From: Bacteroidota bacterium | Lineage (GTDB): Bacteria > Bacteroidota > Bacteroidia > UKL13-3 | Length of the DNA stretch: 46,056 bases | Direction: 5' to 3' | NCBI GenBank assembly: GCA_947459075.1 | Contig: CANHBJ010000003.1 | Span: forward strand, 1-46,056 | In this document: positions 1-10,137 of the stretch, piece by piece | Layout of the letters: each line of letters starts with the position of its first letter | Numbering within the stretch: position 1 is the stretch's first letter | Program-made: the position numbers and the translations under genes | Notes under the pieces: generated by a model | What the model saw: only the letters and a program-made list of their open reading frames with translations | Databases searched by the model: none | What the model was told of the DNA's origin: nothing

Positions 1-2
1 GT

Positions 3-857
3 TACTTTATCCAAGTGGTATTGTGCGATCCATTAAACAATTGCACACCACCACGTCAGGTACAAATAGATGTACAAGACACGATATCACCGGTAGTAAG
101 TTTATTGGGTCAAAACCCATTGATAGTAGATGTATACAATCAGAACTACACAGATCCGGGCGTAAATGCGAGCGACAACTATTACTCAGAGAACAGTTTG
201 ATACGTATAGTAGACAACAAGGTGGATGTAAATAAATTGGGCACATATACTATAACTTATACGGTAAGAGATGGCTCGAACAACTCAACCAATGTGGTAA
301 GACAAGTAAATGTGGTAGACCGCGTTGCACCAGTGATAGAGATATTGGGTAGTAATCCATTAGATATGTCACGATTCCATGATTATGTAGAACCGGGTTT
401 CCGTATTACAGATAATTATGAGACAGACGAACAATTGCGTCCTTCAGTGATTATAACAAGTGATTTAGGCAAACGTAATGATACATTATGGGCTGATTTA
501 AGCGGATGGAAATACGTACGTTATAAAGTGATAGATCAAGCTGGTAATGTTTCGGCAACAGTAGAGCGTAATGTTCGTGTATTAGTAACATCATTAGATG
601 AAGTTACAAACTCAACTAGTTTAAGTATTTATCCGAACCCAAATACGGGTAAGTTTAATATTAATACCAAAGAAACAATGATGGGCAAGACAGAGGTTAC
701 TTTATACAATGTATTAGGTGCTAAAGTATATAACGAAAGCATCATTATGAATGGTAAAACAGCTGAGATTGATGCACAAGGATTACCATCGGGTATTTAC
801 TTATTGCAATTAATTAACAATGGCAAGCAATACACACAACGTGTTACGGTGAAGTAA
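3..857 (+). CDS. T9SS type A sorting domain protein with DUF5011-like Ig repeats (5'-partial)
   Basis: The frame is open back to the window edge. Two repeats of the type DTISPVVSLLGQNP...YTDPGVNASDNY / DRVAPVIEILGSNP...YVEPGFRITDNY, then a C-terminal SIYPNPNTGKF...LYNVLG...LPSGIYLLQL...QRVTVK sorting domain. Confidence 0.85.
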   Translation, partial: YFIQVVLCDPLNNCTPPRQVQIDVQDTISPVVSLLGQNPLIVDVYNQNYTDPGVNASDNYYSENSLIRIVDNKVDVNKLGTYTITYTVRDGSNNSTNVVRQVNVVDRVAPVIEILGSNPLDMSRFHDYVEPGFRITDNYETDEQLRPSVIITSDLGKRNDTLWADLSGWKYVRYKVIDQAGNVSATVERNVRVLVTSLDEVTNSTSLSIYPNPNTGKFNINTKETMMGKTEVTLYNVLGAKVYNESIIMNGKTAEIDAQGLPSGIYLLQLINNGKQYTQRVTVK

Positions 858-886
858 GCATTAATTATAATAAAACTTAATAAAAT

Positions 887-919
887 AGCCCATTTCAATA
901 TTGAAACGGGCTTTTTTAT
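887..919 (+). terminator. Intrinsic terminator after the T9SS protein gene
   Basis: agcccatttcaa-ta-ttgaaacgggct hairpin followed by a T-tract. Confidence 0.75.
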
Positions 920-944
920 TATAAACGTGACATTATAATTTCAT

Positions 945-980
945 AAAAAACGCCATCAGTAATTTAAACTGATGGCGTTT
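945..980 (-). terminator. Intrinsic terminator of gcvH
   Basis: aaacgccatcagt-aatttaa-actgatggcgttt, a 13-bp stem with an A-run on the left (T-tract on the minus strand). Confidence 0.8.
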
Positions 981-1001
981 AGGTATTATCTATTAAGAAA
1001 A

Positions 1002-1382
1002 TTAAGCTCCAACTAATGTTTTGTAGTCACTAACGTTCATTAATCCTGAAACCTCTTCTTGGTTAAAGCCTGTTATCTTAACCATCCATCCTTCACCATA
1101 AGCATCACTATTTACTAATTCCGGTGCACTTTCTAATGCGTTATTAAACTCTGTAACAGTACCGCTTAAAGGCGAAAATAAATCAGAAACAGTTTTAACT
1201 GCTTCTACCGTTCCAAAAACATCATGTTGGCCAACTGATTTGCCAATAGTGTTGATGTCAACGTAAACAATGTCACCTAACTCATGTTGAGCAAAGTCTG
1301 TGATTCCAATAAAAGCAGTGTCGCCTTCAATGCGTACCCACTCATGGTCTTTTGTGTACAATAAATTATCAGGAAAATTCAT
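1002..1382 (-). CDS. gcvH: Glycine cleavage system H protein
   Basis: [24 protein letters not shown], lipoyl-lysine motif [19 protein letters not shown]. Confidence 0.97.
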   Translation of the reverse strand: MNFPDNLLYTKDHEWVRIEGDTAFIGITDFAQHELGDIVYVDINTIGKSVGQHDVFGTVEAVKTVSDLFSPLSGTVTEFNNALESAPELVNSDAYGEGWMVKITGFNQEEVSGLMNVSDYKTLVGA

Positions 1383-1521
1383 AACTAATAGGTTGTTAAT
1401 TTTTGGCTAAATTAAGTGTTGTAGATGAATTAAAAAATAAATGGGTTAAAACTTTTCACAGGTTTTTAGCGCTTTTATGAGCAATGATATAATATTTTGT
1501 GAATGATAGTATATTGCAAGT

Positions 1522-2202
1522 ATGAGCGGTAAACTTTATTTGGTGCCAACGCCAATAGGGAACTTAGAAGATATTACGCTAAGGGCACTTCGTATTTTAA
1601 AGGAGGTAGATGCTATTTTGGCTGAAGACACAAGGCAAAGTATTAAACTATTGAAGCATTATGGAATTGATAAGCAGCTAATACCTTATCACATGCACAA
1701 TGAGCACCGCGAGCTAAGTCGGTTTATTGATATGCTTCAATCTGGTAAAGTTATAGCACTTGTAAGTGACGCAGGTACGCCTGCCATTAGTGATCCTGGT
1801 TTCTTATTGGTACGAGAATGTTTGAGGGAAAAAATATCTGTTGAGTGTTTACCTGGTGCAACAGCTTTTGTACCTGCTTTGGTTAAAAGTGGTTTGCCTT
1901 CCAATAGTTTTTGTTTTGAAGGTTTTTTACCAGACAAGAAAGGTCGTCAAACTAAAATAAGGGAATTAAGTAAAGAAGTACGAACAATTATTTTATATGA
2001 ATCTCCGCACAGATTGGTTAAGTGCTTAAACCAGCTGAAAGAGTTTTTTGGAGGTGATCGACAAGCATCTGTATCAAGAGAACTAACCAAAATGTTTGAA
2101 GAAACACTTAATGGTACAATTGACGAGCTGATAACGTATTACGAAATTAAGCCTCCGAAGGGTGAAATAGTAATGGTAATAAGTGGGTACGAAAAAGAAT
2201 AA
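1522..2202 (+). CDS. rsmI: 16S rRNA (cytidine1402-2'-O)-methyltransferase
   Basis: LYLVPTPIGNLEDITLRAL, AEDTR, VSDAGTPAISDPG, YESPHR, RELTKMFE. Confidence 0.96.
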   Translation: MSGKLYLVPTPIGNLEDITLRALRILKEVDAILAEDTRQSIKLLKHYGIDKQLIPYHMHNEHRELSRFIDMLQSGKVIALVSDAGTPAISDPGFLLVRECLREKISVECLPGATAFVPALVKSGLPSNSFCFEGFLPDKKGRQTKIRELSKEVRTIILYESPHRLVKCLNQLKEFFGGDRQASVSRELTKMFEETLNGTIDELITYYEIKPPKGEIVMVISGYEKE

Positions 2203-2205
2203 TTA

Positions 2206-3303
2206 TTATTTAAACAAAGATTTTACTGTGTTTAGCTTTCTTTGAGTTTCTTCCCATTCTTTAATAGGAGAACTTGCCATTGTAATACCTGCTCCTGCAT
2301 ACAATAGTGCATTGTTTCTGAAGAGTTCGGCACATCTTAAATTAACAAATAATTCAAAATTATTACTTGGCCACTGCATACCTATAAAGCCGCTATAAAA
2401 CCTACGTTCCATTTTTTCATTTTCGGCAATAAACAAACTTGCTTCAAACTGAGGCAAACCGCATACTGCAGGAGTTGGATTTAAATCTCCGAGTAATTTA
2501 TGTAGTTTGGTTTTCAATAAATCAGGAGTAATTTTAGCATTGAATACACTGCGTAAGTGGCTTAATTCTCCAGCTGTAATGGTTTCAACATCAGTAAGTG
2601 TATACCTTTTAAAGCCATGTTGTTTTAATATATTACCAATAAAGAATTCAATCATCCCTTGTTCGTCATGTTCTTTATTGGTCCAAGCCGTATTTCCATC
2701 TGCAGGAATTGTTCCAGCTAAAGCAACTGTTTCAATCGTATTGTTTGTAACTGATAATAGTTTTTCTGGGGTAGCTCCAATCCAACAGCCAACATCATTT
2801 ATTTTAAAAAAATAAACTGCAGCATCGGGGTATTTAGTTGCAGCATCAATAAAAAGTTGCGCAGCATCTAATTCTTCTTTAAAATCACTTTGTTCACACC
2901 TAGCGGCAACTACTTTATCAAACTTATCTAATTTTATATTTAAAACAATGTTATCTACATAATCAGTATAGGTAGTTTGATCAGCATAGAAATTTTGATT
3001 CAATTTCTTTTCAAAGAATGAATCAGATGAATTTTGAGTGGCAGGTAATTGGCCGAAAATACAGCTGTTATTCTTGTATACGGCATCACTAATAAAAGTG
3101 TAAGCTTTATCACCTGCACCATATGGCGAGCCAAAAAACAATGGCCTATCTAGAGCTTGTTGATACTCTACTCTTTGCATTTTTGGGGATTCAGAAGCAT
3201 AAAAATAATAAGCGTCATTACTTTTAGGTAATCGCATTGCGGCAAAATTACAGCCTATTTGTTTGGCTTCATTAAACCTTTGGTGGATTAAATCCTCGTT
3301 CAT
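2206..3303 (-). CDS. menF: Isochorismate synthase (chorismate-binding MST family)
   Basis: FDKVVAAR, WIGATPEKL, TVALAGT, PTPAVCGLP, RRFYSGFIG, FVNLRC, LYAGAGIT, EWEET; other men genes lie in the window. Confidence 0.85.
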   Translation of the reverse strand: MNEDLIHQRFNEAKQIGCNFAAMRLPKSNDAYYFYASESPKMQRVEYQQALDRPLFFGSPYGAGDKAYTFISDAVYKNNSCIFGQLPATQNSSDSFFEKKLNQNFYADQTTYTDYVDNIVLNIKLDKFDKVVAARCEQSDFKEELDAAQLFIDAATKYPDAAVYFFKINDVGCWIGATPEKLLSVTNNTIETVALAGTIPADGNTAWTNKEHDEQGMIEFFIGNILKQHGFKRYTLTDVETITAGELSHLRSVFNAKITPDLLKTKLHKLLGDLNPTPAVCGLPQFEASLFIAENEKMERRFYSGFIGMQWPSNNFELFVNLRCAELFRNNALLYAGAGITMASSPIKEWEETQRKLNTVKSLFK

Positions 3304-3739
3304 CTTTTTTTATTTCTATGACAGCCATTGTTAGTCGGCTTATGCAATTAAGTTTACCATTTTTATCGGTAATTTTTATTTCCCAAACATGTGTTGTTCT
3401 TCCTAAGTGAATGGGCCTGGCAGTACCAAATACATAACCATTCCCTTCGTGTGCACTTCGAACATGATTTGCATTAATATCTAATCCAACGGCAACAAAT
3501 TTTGTTCTATCTACAGCAAGGTTGGCGGCCAAACTACCTACTGTTTCGGCTAATACGCAATAGGCACCTCCATTTACAATTCTTAATGGCTGAACTGTTC
3601 TATGGTCTATTGGCATGCGGGCAGTTAAATAGTCTTCGCCAAAATCTATAAACTCAATACCAATGTATTCAGACATGGTATTTTCATTTCGTTTATTAAT
3701 CTCATGAAGGGTTACACCTTCCATGTTTACAAAAGCCAT
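3272..3739 (-). CDS. menI: Hotdog-fold PaaI thioesterase, probable DHNA-CoA hydrolase
   Basis: TVQPLRIVNGGAYCVLAETVGS, VGLDINANHVRS, HLGRTTHVWEI; overlaps menF. Confidence 0.75.
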   Translation of the reverse strand: MAFVNMEGVTLHEINKRNENTMSEYIGIEFIDFGEDYLTARMPIDHRTVQPLRIVNGGAYCVLAETVGSLAANLAVDRTKFVAVGLDINANHVRSAHEGNGYVFGTARPIHLGRTTHVWEIKITDKNGKLNCISRLTMAVIEIKKDERGFNPPKV

Positions 3740-4061
3740 TTTATTAATTTTGATACAAATTAAGTCATTAATAAGGTAAGTGCTTAACGATTTTAGTAAA
3801 AAGATAATTATGATCGGATATTTTGGTATAAATCAACCTTCACTACTTTAAAACCATTTAATGGTTCCGTTAAATAGTTCAACTTTAGTGTTTTAATAGG
3901 GGTAGTTATTTTAATGATAACTTCACTTGGGCAATTTTATCTTATGCATAGATAACCAAATGTTTAAGTCGTTCTTTAGTTTATTAGCAATAAATAATTG
4001 TGTTGATATTAGGAATTACTGATGTTAATTTTTGTTTATGTAGTTATGGTTAAAGTATTAT

Positions 4062-6152
4062 CTACTTCAATTTGATTACCCTAGCTACCACATTTGATCT
4101 AAGGTAAACACCATCTTTAAAAATAAGTTGAACGTTTTGACCCAACCAAATGGTTTTTTTATCCTTTGTTAAAATTGGAAATTCTAGATAAGTAAGTTTT
4201 GTTTTTTCCGTTCTTTGTTTGGAATAGAATGCAATTACTTGTTCTTTATAGTCTTCTCTTATCAATTCTACATATTTTAGCTTGGTAAGTTCTTCCAATG
4301 AGTATCCAGTAAGGTTTAATCCTGCTTGGTTTGAGTATGTGAAATAACCATCAGGATTTGTTTGGTAAAATAAATCTATTGCAGTTTCAATAAAAGTTCT
4401 GAAATTTTCTTCCCTTGCAATAAGTAATTCCTCGTTCATCTTTTTATGGTGGATGTCAATAATTGAGCCTACCATTTTTAATGGTTTTCCTTTTCTGTCT
4501 ATAATTGTTTGACCGCTCGCCAAAAACCATTTATAACTTCCATTTTTTGTCTTTAATCGGTACTCCAACATATATGGCTCATTATCTTCAGAATGTCTTT
4601 TAATGGTATTTTCAAAGCGTTCCATATCGTCTGGATGTAAGTTTTTTAGAAATGCGTCATAAGATGCAACTATTTCCTGATCATCATATCCAAGTAAATC
4701 ATAATACCTCGGGCTCCACCAAACAATACCTTCCTCAGTATTAACCCATTCCCAAACTCCTGCAGCAGTTCTTTTAAATGCAAGGTCGTACCTTATTTCA
4801 CTATCTAATAATTTTATTTCAGCTAGTTTGCGTGCTGTTATATCGGTTACAATTCCTTCAAAAAAAGTAATTTGGCCATCAATATTTTTTTTGATAAATG
4901 TTCGCTCCTCAACCCACACCCAATTATTGTTTTTATTTTTAATTCTGTATTCTGAACTTAATTGATTTGTTTGGTAAGAAGTGGCTATAAAAATTTTATC
5001 TGATACACTACTTTGATCTTCTTCAGAAATTAAGTTGTTGTATGAAAAACCCTCTTTAGTTAACTCAACTGATGTATATCCAAGAATCTGAGAGACATTG
5101 TTTGAAACATAAAGTATACTTCTTTCTTTATTGGGTAACCATTTGAAGAGGACAGAAGGGCTATTGGCAATAATTGTTTCGGCTGTTTGCTGATTTTCTT
5201 CTTGTATTTTCTTTTCAGTGATGTTTTGCGCAACGCCTAAATATCCATTAATTCTTCCGTCTTCATCCTTAATGTTATTAATAGTTAGTAATACGGTTAA
5301 ACGTTGCTTACTTTTAGTAATGTATGTCCATTCTCTTATGTTTGTTAAGCCTATCCTGTTTTTAAAAATAAAGGTTTCAAAACCGGGTTTTAAATTTACG
5401 TTATATTTAATGTTTAATTCTTCAGTTCTTTGTTCAACTTCTTTTTTGTCGTGAAATATTATTGGTGTCGATTTGCCAAGCAAATCTTCAGCTTTATATT
5501 CTAACATTTGTTCGGCACCTTTATTGAATTCAATAATAATCCCTTCCGCATTAACAGCAATTATGGCATAATTTGTACTATCAAGAACTTGACGCTGGAA
5601 AACTCTTGTTTCTAGCAGTTTTGCATTTAGGCTTACTTTTTCCGCAATTTCGGCATGTAATGATTCAGCTGAATTAAGCATAGATTTTACAGAATTATAC
5701 CCATATATACTAAATAAAGTTAATGCGATACCTCTCGAGAAAGTAACGGCCATGGGTTGCTCTTGTATTAAACCAGTTAGCATACCAGTAACTATACTTA
5801 AGCCAATGAGTAATGCTTGATATTTTTTGTTTATTACCAAAAATAAAATTTGAAAAATAATCATCAAATGAAATAACCAATTGGGAGCATCCTGGCCTAT
5901 ACTTTGGGTAAATGCAAGTGATAGTATTATTATTGATAGAATAATTAATATCCCAGATTCTGGGTTTTCAGATTTGATAAATTGGTTGGCTGAAAAGTAA
6001 AATAATGTGCTTACCAAACCACAAAATAGAATAGCCCAATAGTAATTGGTAGCGTATACAATATTTATTACAGAAAATACTAATAAAAAAGAAATTACAA
6101 TATTATTTTGCTTTAGGTATAAAGTAAGCTTTAATCTCTTGTTCTGTGGCAT
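4062..6152 (-). CDS. Membrane-anchored multi-PAS domain protein with no output domain
   Basis: About 150 hydrophobic N-terminal residues, then four PAS/PAC units (FNKGAEQMLEY, YVSNNVSQILGY...VTDITARK, WSPRYYDLLGY...LHPDD...EYRLK, YSNQAGLNLTGY); no HisKA, HATPase or GGDEF motif. Confidence 0.85.
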   Translation of the reverse strand: MPQNKRLKLTLYLKQNNIVISFLLVFSVINIVYATNYYWAILFCGLVSTLFYFSANQFIKSENPESGILIILSIIILSLAFTQSIGQDAPNWLFHLMIIFQILFLVINKKYQALLIGLSIVTGMLTGLIQEQPMAVTFSRGIALTLFSIYGYNSVKSMLNSAESLHAEIAEKVSLNAKLLETRVFQRQVLDSTNYAIIAVNAEGIIIEFNKGAEQMLEYKAEDLLGKSTPIIFHDKKEVEQRTEELNIKYNVNLKPGFETFIFKNRIGLTNIREWTYITKSKQRLTVLLTINNIKDEDGRINGYLGVAQNITEKKIQEENQQTAETIIANSPSVLFKWLPNKERSILYVSNNVSQILGYTSVELTKEGFSYNNLISEEDQSSVSDKIFIATSYQTNQLSSEYRIKNKNNNWVWVEERTFIKKNIDGQITFFEGIVTDITARKLAEIKLLDSEIRYDLAFKRTAAGVWEWVNTEEGIVWWSPRYYDLLGYDDQEIVASYDAFLKNLHPDDMERFENTIKRHSEDNEPYMLEYRLKTKNGSYKWFLASGQTIIDRKGKPLKMVGSIIDIHHKKMNEELLIAREENFRTFIETAIDLFYQTNPDGYFTYSNQAGLNLTGYSLEELTKLKYVELIREDYKEQVIAFYSKQRTEKTKLTYLEFPILTKDKKTIWLGQNVQLIFKDGVYLRSNVVARVIKLK

Positions 6153-6224
6153 CCTTACGCTTAAATATTTTTTGTGAATTTAAGCATATTTAATTAAATA
6201 AAAATCTGCAACTTTGTTTTACTC

Positions 6225-6836
6225 ATGGTCACAAAACAACTTTTTATTGTACGTCATGGCGAAACAGATTTTAATCGTCAGAATATAGTACAAGGTAGCG
6301 GTGTTGATAAGGAACTTAACGCATTAGGTCGCCTGCAAGCACAAAAATTTTACGAATATTACCATAAAATCCCTTTCCAACACATCTTCACCTCATCTTT
6401 AATACGCACTCATCAAAGTGTTGAGGCTTTTATTAATAATGGCATTAAGCATTCTGTAATCCCAGAATTAAATGAAATTAGTTGGGGCGACTTTGAAGGT
6501 AAGCAACAAACTCCCGAACAAAAAGCAATTTATTGGGAAACCGTACAAATGTGGAATAACGGGTTTTTACAAGCTAAAATAACAAACGGAGAAAGTCCTC
6601 TCGAGATGCAAGAGCGGCAAAAAATTGCATTAAATCAAATAATCAATACTGAAGAAGAGGTATTACTAATTTGTATGCACGGTCGAGCTATGAAAAGTTT
6701 CTTATGTTTGATGTTAGGTGAGTCATTAACTAAAATGGAACAATTTCAGCATACTAATTTATGTTTGTATCATTTGCAATATGATGGTACAAAATTCGAA
6801 TTATTAAAGTCTAACGATATTACTCACCTAAAGTAA
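6225..6836 (+). CDS. Histidine phosphatase family protein
   Basis: IVRHGETDFN, LNEISWGDFEG, NGES, MHGR. Confidence 0.92.
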   Translation: MVTKQLFIVRHGETDFNRQNIVQGSGVDKELNALGRLQAQKFYEYYHKIPFQHIFTSSLIRTHQSVEAFINNGIKHSVIPELNEISWGDFEGKQQTPEQKAIYWETVQMWNNGFLQAKITNGESPLEMQERQKIALNQIINTEEEVLLICMHGRAMKSFLCLMLGESLTKMEQFQHTNLCLYHLQYDGTKFELLKSNDITHLK

Positions 6837-6852
6837 ATTTACAATATCACTT

Positions 6853-8976
6853 ATGAAAAAAATTACCCTAATATTGGCTATTTCCTTTGTTAATATTGGA
6901 AATAAACTTACTGCGCAAAATAAAATGATAAATAATATATACCCTGAAACTAAAAAGGGAAACGTAGTTGATGATTACTTCGGTACTAAAATTAGCGACC
7001 CCTACCAATGGCTTGAAAATGATACTGCTATTGATGTGATTAGTTGGGTTGATGAGCAAAATAAAACAACTCAAAATTACTTATCGCAAATTCCTTTTAA
7101 AGATAAATTAAAATCAAGATTAACAGAAATATGGAATTATCCTAAATATGGTTCTCCATTTAAAGATGGTGATTATTATTATTTCTTTAAAAATGATGGA
7201 CTTCAAAATCAAAGTATACTGTATCGCCAAAAAGGGATAAGTGGTACAACTGAAATTTTTCTTGATCCAAATAAGCTAAGTGCTGATGGAACTGCATCAT
7301 TGGCTAGCTTAACATTTAGTAAAGACCATAATTTTTGTGCTGTAGGTATTGCTCAAAGCGGTAGCGATTGGAACGAGATTTTTGTTATGGATGTATCAAC
7401 TAAACAAAAAACTAGCGATGATATTAAATGGGTTAAATTTAGTGGTGCTACTTGGCACAAAAATGGGTTTTATTATAGCCGTTATGATGAGCCAACAAAG
7501 GGTAAAGAATTTAGTAACGCCAACGAATACATGAAAATTTATTATCATGAGTTAGGGACATCACAACAAGATGATAAACTGATTTATGAAGACAAGGCAC
7601 ATCCTTTACGTTATTTTAATGCCAGTGTAACCGAAGATGAAAGGTATTTATTTATAAATGTAAGTGAAGGAACTAGTGGCTCGGAAATTTTGGTGCGCGA
7701 CTTAACTCAACCAAATTCTAAATTCATTACTTTGTTTAATGGGTTTGATAACAACTATAATGTTGTTGATAATATTGGCGATAGAATTTTAGCTTTAACC
7801 GATTTCAGTGCTCCACGTTATCGTTTGGTTTTGGTTGACCCATTAAATTCTGATGCAAAAAACTGGAAAGATATTATTCCTCAAGGAACTGATTTATTAG
7901 AGGGTGTTTCAACTTGTGGAGGTAAATTATTTGCTACTTATTTAAAAGATGCAAGTACACGTTTGTATAGTTATGATATGAACGGACAAAATAAAAAAGA
8001 AATAATACTTCCGGGTATCGGAACTGCGAGTGGAATAAGCGGTAAAAAAGATGATAAAGAAGCATTTTATACCTTTACTTCATTTACAAATCCTGGAGAA
8101 ATTTATCGTTATGAGTTAAGCACTGGTAAATCTGAATTATTCAGGAAAACAGAAGTAAAGTTTAATGCCAATGATTTTGAAACTAAACAGGTGTTTTACC
8201 CATCAAAAGATGGAACTAAAGTACCTATGTTTATTATGCATAAAAAGGGTTTGAAATTGGATGGAAATAACCCAACATTACTTTATGCATATGGAGGATT
8301 TAATATTTCGTTAACACCATCTTTTAGTGTTTCGCGAATTATGTTTTTAGAAAATGGTGGAGTGTATGCCATAGCTAATTTACGTGGTGGAGGGGAGTAT
8401 GGCGAAGATTGGCACAAAGCAGGTATGTTAGAGAAAAAACAAAATGTATTTGATGATTTTATTGCAGCAGCAGAGTTTTTAATTAAAGAGAAATATACTT
8501 CATCTGATAAACTAGCCATTCATGGTGGTAGTAATGGTGGGTTATTGGTTGGTGCATGTATGACACAAAGACCCGAGTTGTTTAAAGTGGCCTTGCCCGC
8601 TGTTGGTGTATTGGATATGTTAAAATACCATAAGTATACTATTGGTTGGGGTTGGGCAGTGGAATATGGTAGTAGTGATAAAAAAGAACAGTTTGATTAT
8701 TTAATAAAATACTCGCCATTACACAATGTGAAGGCAGCTGTTAATTACCCAGCAACCATGATTATGACTGCAGATCATGACGACCGAGTAGTGCCAGCAC
8801 ATAGTTTTAAATTCGCAGCAGAATTGCAAAGCAAACAGCTACCAACAGGAAATTCTGTATTAATTAGAATTGATAAAAAAGCGGGACACGGTGCAGGTAA
8901 ACCAACCACTAAATTAATTGAAGACGCCACAGACATGTATAGTTTTATATTTTGGAATTTGGGTATAAAGCTATAA
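6853..8976 (+). CDS. Prolyl oligopeptidase (S9A), exported
   Basis: Signal peptide, DPYQWLE, YGGFN, catalytic GGSNGG, DHDDRV, AGHGAGK. Confidence 0.96.
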   Translation: MKKITLILAISFVNIGNKLTAQNKMINNIYPETKKGNVVDDYFGTKISDPYQWLENDTAIDVISWVDEQNKTTQNYLSQIPFKDKLKSRLTEIWNYPKYGSPFKDGDYYYFFKNDGLQNQSILYRQKGISGTTEIFLDPNKLSADGTASLASLTFSKDHNFCAVGIAQSGSDWNEIFVMDVSTKQKTSDDIKWVKFSGATWHKNGFYYSRYDEPTKGKEFSNANEYMKIYYHELGTSQQDDKLIYEDKAHPLRYFNASVTEDERYLFINVSEGTSGSEILVRDLTQPNSKFITLFNGFDNNYNVVDNIGDRILALTDFSAPRYRLVLVDPLNSDAKNWKDIIPQGTDLLEGVSTCGGKLFATYLKDASTRLYSYDMNGQNKKEIILPGIGTASGISGKKDDKEAFYTFTSFTNPGEIYRYELSTGKSELFRKTEVKFNANDFETKQVFYPSKDGTKVPMFIMHKKGLKLDGNNPTLLYAYGGFNISLTPSFSVSRIMFLENGGVYAIANLRGGGEYGEDWHKAGMLEKKQNVFDDFIAAAEFLIKEKYTSSDKLAIHGGSNGGLLVGACMTQRPELFKVALPAVGVLDMLKYHKYTIGWGWAVEYGSSDKKEQFDYLIKYSPLHNVKAAVNYPATMIMTADHDDRVVPAHSFKFAAELQSKQLPTGNSVLIRIDKKAGHGAGKPTTKLIEDATDMYSFIFWNLGIKL

Positions 8977-8997
8977 ATAGTAGTATGTTTATTTACT

Positions 8998-9035
8998 AAA
9001 AATGCCCAATCAGAATTAAACTGATTGGGCATTCT
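8998..9035. terminator. Terminator hairpin between convergent genes
   Basis: aatgcccaatcag-aattaaa-ctgattgggcatt, 13-bp stem. Confidence 0.75.
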
Positions 9036-9056
9036 CGTTTTGATATTTACGTAGGT

Positions 9057-9563
9057 TTATTCCTTTATGGATTTGGCCATGGTATCAAAATCTGAAAAAA
9101 GAGATTCTTTATTCTTTAATGACGTCCAACAAAGTGTTTTATAAAAATGACCATTAGTTTCTGTAACAGTAATTAACATGAAATATTCTCCATCTTTGTC
9201 CTTCCATGTTAACTCAGTTTGTGCATGTTTGTTTCCATTTTTCTCTGACGAATTAACTGATCCTAATTTTCTTCCTTTAGCGTCTTTCATGTAATCTTCC
9301 GTGAAGGAGTTTAAAAACTCAGTAGGATTATTATACTTCATACCAACTGCTTCTAGGTGGTCTTTGGCATCTTCTATTACTACTACATATGCGTCCTTAA
9401 TAGCACTTTGATATTGTAATAAAGCAACATCATTTAAATCGTATGCTTTAACCATGTAATCGGGTATGCTCATGGTAAAACAATGGCCACCATTTTTGAT
9501 ACTGAATTGTGCATTAGCGGTAAATCCTAGTACCACAAAAATGCTAAAGAGTATTTTTTTCAT
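9057..9563 (-). CDS. Hypothetical exported protein
   Basis: Signal peptide MKKILFSIFVVLGFTANA|Q; no family recognised. Confidence 0.75.
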   Translation of the reverse strand: MKKILFSIFVVLGFTANAQFSIKNGGHCFTMSIPDYMVKAYDLNDVALLQYQSAIKDAYVVVIEDAKDHLEAVGMKYNNPTEFLNSFTEDYMKDAKGRKLGSVNSSEKNGNKHAQTELTWKDKDGEYFMLITVTETNGHFYKTLCWTSLKNKESLFSDFDTMAKSIKE

Positions 9564-9583
9564 CGGATGTAAATATAAATTTA

Positions 9584-10135
9584 TTATTCAATTATAATGG
9601 GATATCGATATAGCAAACCACTTAAGTTGTGTCGAGAAAATTTTGTTCTTTTTACATTGTTAACTTTAGGATCTATCAAAAAATTAATGTTGGTGGTAAA
9701 GTCTACTGATTCTATATTGGTTTGTTCGAACACAGCCTCACTAAAATCACAATTTATTATTTTGGATGATGAAAGGTCTGTTTGGGTGAAGTTTACACCT
9801 TTCATTAAACAATCATTGAAACTACTTTTATTCATTTTTTTTCTTTCAAAAGATGCATAGCTCAGGTTACAATTTTTAGCTGTTATGCAAAATCCAAAAT
9901 CTTTAATGCGGTTAAAGTTTAGTCCTATAAGTTTACAATCTGTAAAATGGCATTCGTTAAGTATACACAAATCAATGTTTGCGTTACTAAAATTACAATT
10001 TAAAAACTCACAATCATTAAAGGTAATACCTTTTATGCTGTTAAAAACACAGTTATTAAACGTACAATTTTCGTATTCGTTGTCTGATAATTTTTGTTCA
10101 GAAAAATCAATATTATTAAATTCGTGTTTGTACAT
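9584..10135 (-). CDS. Pentapeptide repeat protein
   Basis: Tandem 5-residue repeats (CTFNN CVFN, CEFLN CNFSN ANIDL, VNFTQ TDLSS). Confidence 0.92.
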   Translation of the reverse strand: MYKHEFNNIDFSEQKLSDNEYENCTFNNCVFNSIKGITFNDCEFLNCNFSNANIDLCILNECHFTDCKLIGLNFNRIKDFGFCITAKNCNLSYASFERKKMNKSSFNDCLMKGVNFTQTDLSSSKIINCDFSEAVFEQTNIESVDFTTNINFLIDPKVNNVKRTKFSRHNLSGLLYRYPIIIE

Positions 10136-10137
10136 GG

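Noticed and set aside
3740-4061. Long AT-rich intergenic regions (also 36175-36375 and 44310-44488) as ncRNA loci
   Set aside because: Only short weak stems are visible and no RNA family was recognisable; this cannot be excluded without a covariance search.
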